DNA from: Fistulifera solaris
Taxonomy: Eukaryota
DNA: 64,000 nucleotides
Assembly (NCBI GenBank): GCA_030295235.1
Contig: AP026130.1
Coordinates: 682,001 to 746,000 of the forward strand
Direction of reading: 5' to 3'
In this document: positions 50,101 to 63,075 of the stretch, in pieces
How positions within the stretch are numbered: the first letter of the stretch is position 1
How the letters are laid out: every line of letters starts with the position of its first letter
Notes under the pieces: generated by a model
The model's database searches: none
Told to the model about the DNA's origin: nothing
What the model saw: the letters and a program-made list of their open reading frames with translations, nothing else
Translations under genes and position numbers: made by a program

Positions 50101-51040
50101 TGATGCGAGAAGCGAACTCGTCTAGAAAAACTTTTCTCTCCTCTGAATCATCTTCTAACATGTTACCAACAACGCTCAAAAGACTCCCAATGACTAGAAC
50201 TCTCGGTGTGGCATCGCGAACTTTTGTAACATTCACAAAATCGGTCGCGCTAGAATCCTTTACCTCCATGAGGGCCACCAAAAGTTTCATTACGTCTGCA
50301 CCCAACTGTTCATAGTTCATGTAGAGAATGGAGTGTTCAAGGAAATTGACCAGCTGCTGCATACTCTCGATGACTTCAGTTTTGGGGTTTGACTCCGCCT
50401 TAGCGAGGTGACTGTGGGCATGAGAAGACAGCATTTTGACCACCACCTGATTCGACTGGGAAATCATAAGTTCGCATAGTGACGAATTTGCAGCCTTCCA
50501 AACCTTAGGTCTAGGATCGTTGAACAAAGTCAAAAGTGTCCCCTGAAGAAAGTGTTTGATCAGTTTGGTATCCGTCGTGCTGGGAATGTACTTCAGAAGT
50601 TCACCGGAAAGAATCGCTGCGTGTTTCAGCAACGAAAAAACACCACCAAGGCCATCCTTCGTTTCCATACTAACATCTGCACTAATTTCTTGCGCTGCTG
50701 CGACCACGGCTCGAATGACTCGTGAAGCGAGTGGAAACGTAGCTTGTAATATAGCTGGTGGGGTCACATATCGGACTGTGCAAGAAAGGATCTGCAGTAA
50801 AGCCACTTGTGTCTGAATCGAATCTACGACCTTGTCTTGAGGAGCTAGAGCACCCTCCAAGGCCGTTACTGTCTTCGCATAAACTTTGGCAGCCGTGCAA
50901 TCTGCTTCTCCGCCAGCCAATTCTATCATGGCCGAAGCAACCGCTGCTAATCGCAGCGCGCGCGGATCGCGTCGGTTCTCTGGCTCCGAAAAATCCTGTA
51001 GCACTTGGCTAAACGAACGCGTATCTTCGTCCAAGTCCAT
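47125..51040 (-). CDS. RRP12: RRP12 ribosome biogenesis protein (NUC173, HEAT repeats)
   Basis: LWSLFPCFCRFPED, KKAYKVM, ELLLCLKDTNAKTREAAF, SREVIKSVLGFI, YKSKKAGGDVKRKGQKYEPYAFMPL. Confidence 0.9.
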
Positions 51041-51375
51041 CTTGCTTTTGCTATTGCTTCCGATGACTGAATATAAAGAAAATCGCGAGTGTTTGCGAAA
51101 GGAATGAATGAAAAGAAAGGAGGGGAGTTTTTTTCTTGGCTTGAGGAGCGGTCCGCTGTTTGTACGTCGTCAGTGACCAGTGGTGCGACGGACAGGGAGC
51201 GGTGTAAGTGTAAGCTTTACTGTACTCTAGCCCTTGCGTGACGTCACCCCTTTTCCGCCCCTTTTATTCGCCGGCTGGATGGCGACTGTTTTCGGCCTTG
51301 CGAGAATTTTTATTTTGACCGCATTATTGCTATTGCGTCTATCGAATCTTTTCTGATTTCGCCGTTCCTGGAAGC

Positions 51376-52909
51376 ATGGCAACAGCTGCAACAAATTCTG
51401 CTTCTAGAACTGTTTGGAGTCGAGTCAGATCGGTCCCAGCGGCCTATCCTTTCGCGTTCGGTGTCGTTCTTTCTGGTTTTAAAACCTCCTTTTCCGACTT
51501 GCTTGTTCAAAAGGTCGTAGAACAGAGAGAGAAAATCGACTGGAAACGCAATGCCGCGTTTGCCACTTTCGGCTTCGTGTATCTTGGAGGTGTTCAGTAT
51601 ATGATTTATGTGCCTTTATTCTCAAGACTCTTTCCCGGGGCGGCAACGTTTGCCGCGAAACCCATTCGAGAGAAACTGAAGGACAGCAAGGGTCTCTTTC
51701 AGGTGAGCCCAATTTGCTATTGTATTGCGTCTTCTACGAGAATATTAATCAATGTATGCTCACATTGCTGCGCTACAGCTTTTTGCCCAAGTCTTCCTAG
51801 ATCAATGTGTGCAGTAGGTTCAAATCGTCGTTTGTTTGTGATGGTTATCTGTGAACAGTGAACACATTTTTTTTAACAACCCTATCCCCTCTTGCAGTCA
51901 TCCTCTCATGTATTTTCCAGCATTTTACTGTACAAGAGAGCTGGTTATGAAAGAAAAGCCGGATCTTGCTAAAACGTTAGCGACTTATCGAGCCAATCTA
52001 CAGGAAGATCTCTTAGCACTCTGGAAAGTCTGGGTTCCGGGAACATTAATCAACTTTGCATTCATGCCAATGTACGCTCGTATTCCATTTGTTGCGGGTA
52101 TTTCTCTGCTCTGGACTTGTATTTTGTCGACCATGAGAGGGGGGAGATGTGGCGCACGGCGAAGACATGGCGGGTGGAGCAGTGACGCGTGCTACGTTGG
52201 TAATGATGGAAGAGGGTTTCGGCGAACTGTTCACATCGCCAGTTGAGCTGGACCGTCACAAGCACCACATCATGCTAACCGCGTCCGGAACCGATAAAAA
52301 GGGTTGGGTGGCTTTGTTGGCTCGGGAAATCGCCGAATCAGGAGGAAATGTGACGCACTCTAAAATGGTGCGATTAGGAAAAGAGTTCATTGTTCTCATG
52401 CACATCTCTGTGGAGCCGGGGGCACAGAACGCCCTCATTCGGAAACTAAAGAAAAGCAAAGAGCTCAAACCTCTCAACATACAATGCGGTTCGATCTCTA
52501 GGCGTCAGACGGGAACGTATGAGCAAGCTGTGATGGGTGTTCGTGTTCGATGTCAAGGAGCGGACAAGTAAGTTGCATTGCGTACATTTCCTTTCCTGTG
52601 ATCAAGTCGCGCTTACATTTTGCATTTTCGTTCTCTGTTTACAGACCCGGTATGCTTGCTTCGATAGCTGAGTCATTAGCTGAAGCTGGTCTAAACGTTG
52701 AGAGTTTGACAACCGAGCTGCAGCGGCACAATAGCTTCAGTCATAGTGGAAGAACCGATTTTGTTGTCACCGCAGACTGCGTAACCTCCCAGAAAATGAG
52801 TAAGGAACAGATCCAAGCCATGGTACGAAGGCTGGAATCTATTAAAGACATGCTTGTTCTTGACGTTGTCGATATTCGCGTGCAGCACAGGACGAATGTA
52901 AGAGATTAA
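51376..52909 (+). CDS. Mpv17/PMP22 family membrane protein fused to tandem ACT (GcvR-like) domains
   Basis: SDLLVQK...IDWKRNAAF, VFLDQ, WKVWVPGTLINFAFMP; then MLTASGTDKKGWVA...GGNVTHSKMVRLG and GAD(K/R)PGMLASIAESLAEAGLNVESL. Confidence 0.8.
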
Positions 52910-53310
52910 GGATGTCCTTGATCAAATTCAAAGACATCGAGCATCATCCTAATTAATTTTTTATGTAAGCTTAGTGTCTTGATACTTTCGGCGAAAAGTG
53001 CTTTGGTGGTAGTCCAATTTTTTCTATAGCACTCCGTGCTAGTTCAACGCTACCATGACATGACCATTATTTATTGCCTTGGGACATGACTGCATTTACT
53101 CGTGAATGAAGTATCATAATATCTGTAACCTTAAACTGGTATTCTATTGCGATGAATGTATCCGTTGAGGCTGTGTTTTCGTATTTCGTCATGTGCTTAT
53201 TACACTCGTCATAATCAAAAGATAGAGGCGTTTCTCAAGCGAACCACGGCGCTGATTATATTCCATTTATTTGACTAAAGAAAACATTACAAACTTTGCG
53301 CGTAAAAGTT

Positions 53311-54588
53311 ATGGCCAAGGCAGTGAACAGCTCGAACATGCAGAAGGAGTAAGTGCTAAGCATTGCTGTATGCAGAAGTTCCCTCCCGCAGAAGAGATTT
53401 TCTCACGTGTCAATCGACCGCAGCTCGCAGATGCAGAGTGTGCCCGTGTCCCCAGTTTCGGCGCCCTGGAACGGAATGGCGAATAATATATCTTACTTTA
53501 ATGTGGACGGATTCTTTGCCAAGTACTTCGAAAGCAACCCTGATTTTTTCAAGCAAGCCTTCAAGCTCGCATTCTGCTTTTTCGGTCTTCAGATATCTTA
53601 TTTATCATGGGGATATTTACAAGAACTAATCATGACTACTCAGTTTACGCCCACGCCCCGTGTCCCAGACGGAAAGTTCCCATCGGCCGCTTTCTGCGTG
53701 TTTTCGAATCGCTTTCTGGCGTTGATGATCTCTTTGGTCATTGTCAAAGTCAAGCACGGAAAGTACTTTGCCGTAGCACCAGCCTATGCATTTACTCCGT
53801 GTGCTCTCAGCAATACCGTGAGTAGTTACTGTCAGTATCTGTCCTTGAGATACGTCTCGTTCCCGGTACAAACCGTCTTTAAGAGTTCCAAAATTATTCC
53901 CGTCATGATCATGGGAAAGTTGCTCAAGAAGGAGTCTTACTCGTGGAACAAGTACGCGGAAGCTTTTCTCATTACTCTCGGCGTTGCTATCTTTAGTGTT
54001 TTGAGCAAAGAATCGAAAGGAGGTGATGAAGGAGCTGGTGCGGAGTTTGTGGGATTGCTGGTGATGATTTGTTACGTCTTTTCCGATTGTTTCACCTCTC
54101 AATGGCAAGACAAAGTCTACAGTCAGTACGGACGCAATAATGTCGATTCTTTTCAAATGATGTTGGGAGTCAACACCTCCGCGATCGTTTTGACTATCAT
54201 TCAACTGATCGCGTTGGGCGACATCCCGGTAGTGATGGAATTTCTCCGTATCAATCCAAACGCGCTTCAGTACAACATCTTCACGGCTATCACGTCCGCC
54301 ACTGGTCAAATGTTTATTTTTTACACCATCAAAGAGTTTGGACCGATTGTGTTTACAATCATGATGACGACCAGGCAAATGTTCTCGATTGTTTTATCCG
54401 CTATCATTTTCGGTCACGTCATTTCCCCTTCGGCGGCGATGGGTGCTCTTCTGGTCTTTGCGGTTCTGTTTTACCAGATTCAGAAGAAATACAAAGCTCA
54501 GCACGAAAAGAAAAGACAAAGCAAACCGGTTGAGCATGAGCCCTTGATTGAGAGTGCTGCGAAGGAAGCCGAACTGGTCAAAGTGTAA
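53311..54588 (+). CDS. SLC35B2: PAPS transporter 1 (UAA family nucleotide-sugar transporter)
   Basis: WGYLQELIMT, VFSNRF, SSYCQYLSLRYVSFPVQTVFKSSKIIPVMIMG, DCFTSQWQD, MTTRQ; probable intron 53349-53423. Confidence 0.88.
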
Positions 54589-54639
54589 CGTAAATATTCC
54601 ACAACCTGTGTGACTATAGTTTTTAGAATTAAATCAAAA

Positions 54640-55259
54640 TCAAAACCACAATCGTAGCCGGTAAGCATCATTCCAATTCAGATAATAGCGGACTAGCAAT
54701 TCCTCTCGGATGAACCCAAAACGATCTTGATAAAGCTTCTGCGCCGTTGTATTCGTAACTTCCGTTTCGAGTGTCACCGATCGGCATTCCATGTTTTTCA
54801 TGCGTTGCAAAATACGATGTACAAGTGCCTGCCCAATGCCTTTCCGTCGATAAGCTTCCTGGACGGCTAACATTCCGATATATCCCGTCTTTTCCGCGTT
54901 TTCGGCTTGTTCCTGTTCCGTTTCATCGACTCCCTCTATATCGATTTTCCCCACAACACAAGCGATTGGCTCGGGAGAGTCGTCAGCCACAGCGAGAATA
55001 CATAGTTCAGGGAATCGATGAAGAAAATATCGGTAAGTGAAAATGGAATACGGTTCGCTTAAATCTCGACCCTGAGAATGGTTGAATTGTAAGGTCAAAG
55101 GGAATCAAATAAGTTGAATATTCGCGAGAAACTAACCACTAATGACATGACATATTCGAGTTGCGATTCGTCTTTGTAGTCTACAAAACGAATCCCAGGG
55201 ATTTCCGCATCATCCTCGGTGTTAGTCTGTATTGTGTTGTTATTGTTGTTATTAGTCAT
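54640..55259 (-). CDS. NAA30: N-alpha-acetyltransferase 30 (NatC catalytic subunit, MAK3)
   Basis: RDLSEPYSIFTYRYF, GYIGMLAV...RRKGIG, VTLETEVTN, RYYLNWNDAYRL; intron at about 55073-55136. Confidence 0.92.
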
Positions 55260-55713
55260 AGCGAAACTCGATTCGTCTCTCGTCTCAAAATTGTTCAAGT
55301 TGCTGTATGTTGTATTCTAGCTTTACCTTGTTGCATTTTTTTTTGTTTTTCGTCGTGTTCATTTTTCTATGCGAGGACCGAGGACGCGTCGGAATTACAC
55401 TATCATATTTTTCGATAAGATTAAGGTTATAAAGTCGAGAAGTTATTCGTCCACTTCTAAGTAAGTAATTGTATCACTTATAAAGTAGATTACTATTTTA
55501 CCGACTCAACCGATTTCAGTCCCGGAAAGTAAGGGCGGAAAATATTATTAGGTTTATTCTTTATAAGAAGTACGTAATTGCAAAATACTTCGCCCTCGAC
55601 AATCTCTTCTACTTTTCAATGAAATCCTGTCTGTATACGCTCTGTTTCATTGTTTGAGTGAAAATTGAAGAACGGCAAAGGATCGTGAAATCACCACGTT
55701 ACACCAATTAGCT

Positions 55714-56485
55714 TTATGGAAGGATACGTTCAATGTATTGAGAGGCGTCGTCTTGCCCTCTTTGATACCAGTCGCGGAGAAGTTCCGCTGATGCCATTCC
55801 CATTGATGTGGAAATCGCTTGTAAGTTTTGCCAGGATAGCTTAGTTTTAAAATCGACTTCGGCGTTCAGCTGTCCAACAGATAAACTCCGGTCGTCTGGA
55901 CTGATTCTATGCGAGTGGGTGCTAGTTCCTGAAACTGGCGAAATGATGAGCCTTGGCTCAGCGGTGGTTGGTGGTGCTGGCGCTGCTATACCTCCATCGA
56001 CGTAGTAATCATCCTCGATCCAAATCCCATCCTCCTCTGGATAAGTCACGTTTGTGGAGAAAACATCCCAAGGATGAAACGTCCTGGGTATTCGGCATGA
56101 TGCTTCAACGCATTCCAAAAATCATTTCGTCTCGCTCTTTGTCGTTCGGCTGAAAATGGAAGATTTTTGATTTCCCGTTTCGACAGATCGTCGTGCATAT
56201 CCCCAGTTCGTCGCAAATGGGCGTTTCGTGTGAATTTTTCAACAGATCTCTTAGCAAGTCCAAACCATTTCCTCGGCCTTGGATATAATCATTTACAAAT
56301 TCTTCAATCGAGTTTGGCGCTTTGGCTAAAACGGTTGCCGCGATGGCACCTCCGCTCGACCCCACAGCCGATCGGATGGTAACAGCTGATTGTAAAAGTG
56401 ATCGACAAGCGCCAAGCTGATAAACAAACAAACTTCCAGATCCGCTCAATGACAAGGCGATCCCTCTGGAGATTGAGCTTGCCAT
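55714..56485 (-). CDS. Patatin-like phospholipase
   Basis: SLSGSGSLFVYQLG, GSSGG nucleophile motif, ASCRIP, YVDGG; frameshift at about 56118. Confidence 0.82.
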
Positions 56486-56687
56486 GAAGTAAATGAATAA
56501 TAGAATGCAATTAAACAGCTGCGGAAGCGAGAAAATGAAATAGAAAAAAAGTCGAATGAAAGGCGGACCAAATTCCTACTGCGTACGTGTATAGTAAAAA
56601 CTAGGTGAACCGAGTATAGAGAACAATAAGGCATGGAGTAGGAACAAAACGTTTCCATTTCCCACCCTTCAAATACAAATTATTGAC

Positions 56688-59480
56688 TTATGATTCGTCA
56701 AGAGAGTAAAGCAGTATATAAGCAGTCCGTTCTTTGTTTGGATTCGAAAGCATCTTGTCGAGCGAAGTAATACAAGACGACGTATCGTCGAAAGTTACCC
56801 AGGTATGTTTCTCGGCGTCGTCTTTGGCTACTGCAGCACCATCAGTGATGTTTTCTTTCAAATCAACAGGAACGCTTTTAGCTGGGCGAATTGCGTCCGC
56901 CAGGTAGTGCCCTGATGATGCGCGACTTCCGATATGGTGAATAATGCTCTGGAGCCTGTATTCGTGTTTCGGCTCCGTAGAAGTTGCGGGTGCGGGCGCA
57001 TCGTCTGGAAATTTCATCAAGAAAGGGCTTAATGACAGAGACTCGGATAAATGAACTTGTTCTTTGTTCTTTTGGAAGACATATTGCATAGGAACATGCC
57101 GTCCTTTCGGTGGGCTATTTGGCGACTTGTTCTCATCGTTAGAAGTAGAATTGACAATCGGGACTTCCACAAATATGAACCTTTTAAGATGTAAGACGAG
57201 GGACTTGGGACTGAAAGAGACATGACACATCGTTAGTTTCGACTATTGATGCACGGAATAACAACATATCAAAACTTAACAAAAGCTTACCGATGCACCA
57301 TATGCATGGTTTGGGTCGCGTGAGTTCCGTCTTCGCACTTTTCGCACGTGATTTCACGAATTTCCTCTTCAAAGAATTTTTCTAAGCCCTTTTCTACGGT
57401 TGCCTTTGCATCAACATCTCCCTCTTTGTTGCCAACAATGTCGACCGAGAGATGCCGATACGTTTCTTCCTTCGATCTGTGTCCCGCAGGCATGAGGCAT
57501 TTTTCATCAATTGAGAAAAATCGAACAATACAAGTCTCGCCTTACCTCGAATAACCACAGGAAGCACACGTCAGGCACACGCGGGCAGTTAACAAAAAGT
57601 CGTCCATGGGAGAACCTTCGTGCTGGTTAGCTTGAACTTGTTTCGGTTGTTCGGCTTGTACCTCTTCGTGAATGTTGTCAATCAAATCACTCAAGAATTC
57701 ATGCGCGTCCCGCTGCTCGTATCCCAGAAATTTGTCTGTCTTCGCATCCATGGCCTCTTTGACCGCGCGAGGATCAACGGCTCGCACTCGATCATCTTGC
57801 AATTCTTCGGCAATGTCCGTCAAGCTTTTGGTTAGAGCACCGCCTTTCTTTCGTAAGGACTTGATCAAATCCGGCAGAGTGCACATCATCTGGAGACATG
57901 AGTTCATGTAGCACGTATTGCCAAGGTTTCGTAGACCAGAGTACTGATTGAAACGGAGATCAGGCTCCGATTGCGTTTTAGTCAAATCACTAATCGCATG
58001 CCTTGCGACAGGGCTCCGGGATACTTTCTTGAAGAAGAGGCCACGCCCGGGTGAAGCATTTTTACTTGTTGGGCTCGACAACGCCATTGGCAATTGCGGT
58101 GTTCCTTGACAAGCTCCATATCTTTCCAATCGTTTTCTATCAGCGTCTTTATTGAAGACGAAGGAACCCGACGAGCTTCCATACGTAGTGCTGTAAGAAA
58201 GGGTCTTTGAACGATCCTTCGGTTGAAAGTCTGTTTCGTCTTGCTTTGCTCTTCCGCTAAGGATTCCAAAACGCTCCATTGTTCGCTCTCTCGACGAATT
58301 GTTACTAGGAGACAGCCAACCTTTCTGTTGAAAAGAAGTTTTTGAATACTCCCGGAACTCGACTTGCCGACTCGTGTGGGCGTGCTAACAAGCTTGACGG
58401 TGGACTTTCTTGGCGTAAGCTCTAACTCCCTTTGACAGATGACACATGATCCTTTTCTACAGCTTTCGTCTTCGAAATCTTGAAAAACCCTGAAAGGGTC
58501 GTCTGGTTCTTGTCAATCTCGTCGTTGGGGCGTTGGGGCGATAAAGACCGCGTGGAGGGTCGTGGCGATACGACCCGATTGGCTTGAGGCGTAGTAATCG
58601 GCTGATCCATTTCAATTTCTCCTTCATCATCGGACGGACCATCTTCAATCACGAGCCGTTTCTTGCGCCTTAAAGCCTTTCGAACAGGCTGTTCATCTGT
58701 TTCTTCATCATCCGAAAACGCAGGACGTTTCACCGACGCAGCCTTTCGAACAGATTGCTTTTCCGATTCATCGTCCGACAGGTCAACAGAACGTTTCACC
58801 GGTTTAGCCTTTTGAATGAGTGGTTCTTCCGATTCATCGTCGGAAAATTCTACAGGACGCTTCGTCGATGCAGCCTTCCGAACAAGTTGCTTCTCTGATT
58901 CATCGTCCGAAAATTCGACAGGACGTTTCAACGGCGAAGACGGAGTCGGGAAATCGAAAGTGCTGGCTTGTTCGGTCGCTTCTTCTGTGTCCCAAGGAAC
59001 AGAAGGGAGGGCGCGCTGACGAGCTCTGCCAAAGACGGCCTGTGGTCGTCTCGGAGCGGATTTCGTGGCAGTGACGACTTTTGTGGAAGCGAAGCGCTGT
59101 CGGTGTGGCGATCCCAAGCCCAACTTGGAAGAACTTTTCATGAAATTCGAGAATGAGTCTTTCGTAGCATCGATCTTTCTGGAGTGTACCTTCTCTAATT
59201 TCTTGCGAAACTCGTGCCAAGAGGCCTCGTCGCCGAGAAATTGTTCAAAGTCATATGTCTTGCCTTTCGTTGTTGAAATCACCAGCAGATAGTTGCCTTG
59301 CACATCCATTTTCTCAATGTCTTTTCCTTTGATGCACCATTTTGACTTGTTGATGTAGATTGCCTTCGAGTCTAGCACAACCGACGCCTCCTCCCCATCA
59401 AAGTCCTTAGGAGATTGCTGCCCCTCCTTGATAGTAATTCGATCGAAGAGGTACGTCTTCGGAGAACTCTGCGCGTTCAT
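56688..59480 (-). CDS. Ubiquitin-specific protease (USP37-like) with long acidic/basic N-terminal region
   Basis: GLRNLGNTCYMNS, QRDAHEFL, LHLKRF, HIGSRASSGHY, FDD; introns near 57215-57290 and 57480-57545. Confidence 0.85.
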
Positions 59481-60232
59481 TTTTCTGTTGCTCACACGAT
59501 CTCCTTGGAGCAAAAGTGCCTATACAGGATTTCTTTATTGTAGCCTACTAACAATTCAATTGTTAACAAATGCAGTTTTGGTATTATTAGTTGTTTCTCT
59601 TCGTCTTTGCTGCTCGTGATGCGTGCAACGAGGGGATGGAGGGAAAGTTGGCGCGGAGCGCGGAGCCTCCATCGCACGGCGCATTTGCGGAAGGCGGGCC
59701 GGCTTGACGAGCGCGTAAATCAAAAACAAACGCGCTCTTTCGTCTCTAAGTCTTTGTTGACAAAGCTCGGCCCACTTGATTCAGAGTACATTTTTCAAAT
59801 TCAAAAAAGCTGTTGAGTGTAATCACTTAGCAAAAGTTCGTTTGAGTTCGGAGCTGCCGGATCTCTATAGCACAATCTGTAGGAAAAGAGGCGTGACAAG
59901 GGCGAAAACGCTTTTTCGATGTCGTTGGCTTAGAGACGATGAATAAATTACAATTAGGAGTCACGACCCTATACTTAGACACGAGGAATATTCCCAAATA
60001 AGATTCGTTAAGGATAACACGTTTGCTAGATATTCAAAAGAGTACCGAATAATCACGGATGTTAGATTTACATCGCCGAATTGATGTCTTCACATTTTAG
60101 ATGATAACCATTTCGCTTCATCTTTTGTGTGGATCAGAGAAAGCCATCGAATCTTGCCAAACATCGGCAAAACGAAACCGAACCGCACCTCAGGCTCTTC
60201 ATAATATTTTGGCAGAGAGGAATCGATCAATC

Positions 60233-62803
60233 ATGAAGTTCTCTGGGTTCGTTTTGAGTCTCTTGACTCTTCAAGTCGTTCAAGGAAACAACTCGGACTT
60301 GTTCAACTACGGATCGGTGGACATAACCGAAAATGGTGTCACAAGCTTTGGTCAGGAGAATTGGGGCGATGTCTCGTGCTCTGACTTTGATAGTTGCGTA
60401 AGTATTTCCACTGGTTGACACTTATTTTGTTGATAGAGCTTGGGAGCTAACCTTTTATCCATGAACAGCCTGGATTCCCGAACAAATACCCGGTCTTTCC
60501 TGGATACGACATGTTGAAGACAAAGGACACAAGTCATTGCAGATACTGCCCAGAAGATGAATCTGTTAATTGCGGTCTTCATCGACAATCGCCAATTGAT
60601 CTAAAGCGTGACCGTGGTGTGGCAGGAAGTCCCAACGAAAAGTTTTGCCCCGATTGGCACTGGATGGAATACCGTCCAGATACATGCACATGGGACGACA
60701 TGAAGACCCAGCTTACCATTGAACGCCATGCTCTTCAGATTCATGTTCCACAGCTTCCGAATGGAGACATCGACTGCTTCCGATGGGATAAACGTAGGTA
60801 CCCGAGAATCGATTACAGCAAAGGCTTTCCGGATTGGTGGTGGATGCAACGAACCGACATTCACGTACCTAGTAACCACATTCAAGAAGGCACTCGTTAT
60901 GCGGCTGAAGTCGTTCTTGCCCATTTCTACGAAATAAAGCATCAAAAGAATCAGGTAAGTAGTCGGTCGCGGTTTCATTTTTAAAGATTGAACATCACTG
61001 TGCTCACGTTTCTTTAGTTTGGATACATTTCCATCTTCATGCAAGATTACCCGGATGCCGAGTCGTGGTCCTATCTCGACAAACTCATTTGCCAGTGGCG
61101 CAAAGAAGAAGATAAGGTGCGAGAGGCGTGCGGGCTTCCGCCTGTAGAGCCCTACGGCAGATGTGCCCTCTTACGCAACCAGCAGCCAACACAAGAGTGG
61201 CTTGATGAAGCCGCTGGACTCATCTTCGCACCCGGTAGTAACAACACCTCCACTGAACCACCCACAGTGCCAGACGATGAGCCTACGTACAACGAGTCGG
61301 GTGTTGTTGACTCTATGGTTCCTTCGGCCGCTCCATCTTTTCCGACTGGCCTTCGCGAGCCAAACGTCGGCCAGGCGGGTTCGATATTTGCTCCGTCTGC
61401 TCAACCAAGTGTGGCTTCTGAATTCAATGCATCGGAAGTAAGCAGTACTATCCCACCGCCCATTGATTGCTTGAACCTTGGCGATGTCATTGAACGCATG
61501 TGTTTTTCGGAAGACCCGTGCTGCACTTCTCCCAGAGCCAATACCGTGTTTTGTGACAATATCTACGACAATATTTTCCCTGGCGATGCCATGAAATCAG
61601 CATGCTACCACTGTTGTTCTACGCCGTTGACCGTTGGTGATGCTGAACCAACTGCAAGTTCTGGTAGTGATATGCCGAGCGATATCCCAACCACAGCCCC
61701 AGGCAGTGTTCTAGCACCAGGCGCAATTCCCCCGCCTATTGACTGTGGAAGCGATAACACCCTAATTGAGCGTATGTGCTCTTCGACCGATCCTTGCTGT
61801 GGAACCCCAAGATCAGATACTATGTTCTGTTGGAATATTTATGACAATGTCTTCCCAGGGGAACAAATCAAATCCGCGTGCTACCACTGTTGTAGTGAAC
61901 CGAAAACGATAGCTGACGCGAGACCGATTAATCCAGCTATTCCCAAAACGATTGAATGCTCCGCTGTCGATAATCCTTATCGAATGTGCAAGGAAAACAG
62001 TTGCTGCTCGAATCCGCGTTCGAACTCGGAGTTTTGCAAATCGGTATATGCCAAGCATAAAGGAGATATCGAGTCGATCTGCCAGTACTGCTGTCGCGAA
62101 CCACTCACTGTCGGAAGCGCTCGATACCTTCGTTCGAGCGGCGAGGACGAAGCTGAATTTAGCGGAGAGGGATTGGTCGTGCAAGACAGTGACGACATTC
62201 AGGAGGGCGATGAGGTTGTTTACATTTCAGGCAACAAATACATATTACGCAAAGACAACTTTGAAATGGATGAAGAGAACGATGCGAAATACTTTCAACA
62301 GAGGATTCATGCCGAGTTCAAGGAACGCAGCCTAAATATAGCAGTCCACGAAGAAGACTATAATGATATCCCGTGGTTTGCCTATGAGTGGATGGTTAAG
62401 GTGGGCACGGAATACTATTACCGATATGAAGGAACCCAGTTGGTGCCCCCCTTGCTGGGAAGTTGTGCACTGGAGGGTGATGAAAGACCCCATCCGCGTT
62501 CACAAGCGACAGATCGACGAATTGAATCGCCTTCTTGCCTGGCGATTGAACCCTGATACTTGCCAATCGGATACCGCAGGAGTCGTTTCGGATGATGGCA
62601 ACACTGTTGACTTGAGCCGTGAGGTCATGTATTATCACGACCAGCACCGCAAGGTATTCTGTGAATGTCCCGCTTGGCCTTCTCAATTCCCTGGCGATCA
62701 GGAATGGTGCCGAAACTATCGAGATGACACGAACTACGACCGTTTCTATACTCGTCCCTACAGTTTCGATTCTGGCGGCAAGTGGCATCCCAATGATGTT
62801 TAA
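60233..62803 (+). CDS. Secreted alpha-carbonic anhydrase-like protein with inserted Cys-rich repeats
   Basis: Signal peptide, RQSPIDL, HVPSNH...RYAAEVVLAH, YYRYEGTQLVPPC.EVVHW; introns at about 60398-60468 and 60955-61017. Confidence 0.82.
61450..62125 (+). repeat. Three tandem coding repeats of about 65 aa, each with 8 Cys
   Basis: IPPPIDC..ERMC..DPCC..PR..T.FC.NIYDN.FPG...KSACYHCCS.P.T twice, plus a third diverged copy. Confidence 0.88.
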
Positions 62804-63075
62804 GGATGCTACTCTCAAGCGAGCTGCGAGTCTTTTGCGCCGCCCTTCTTCATGCTATCACAGCTATATTCGTTCGTTCATTTATTCAAAAGACAAAAAA
62901 CCATAATGTAGAAACACACAAAAAATAACTGTAGTCTATTCTGAGAACAAAAATCTAATACAGATGGTCTTGTCAACATTAATCCGTTTTTGATTACTAA
63001 CTAACGTTCAGGAGCCACATAGGGTATAAGTTTAACATCAAAATCTGCTAGGGGCTTGAAAATACGAGCTTTGGA

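Noticed and set aside
34163..54588. Sulfation gene cluster (sulfotransferase plus PAPS transporter)
   Set aside because: The genes are about 17 kb apart with many unrelated genes between them; nothing indicates linkage.
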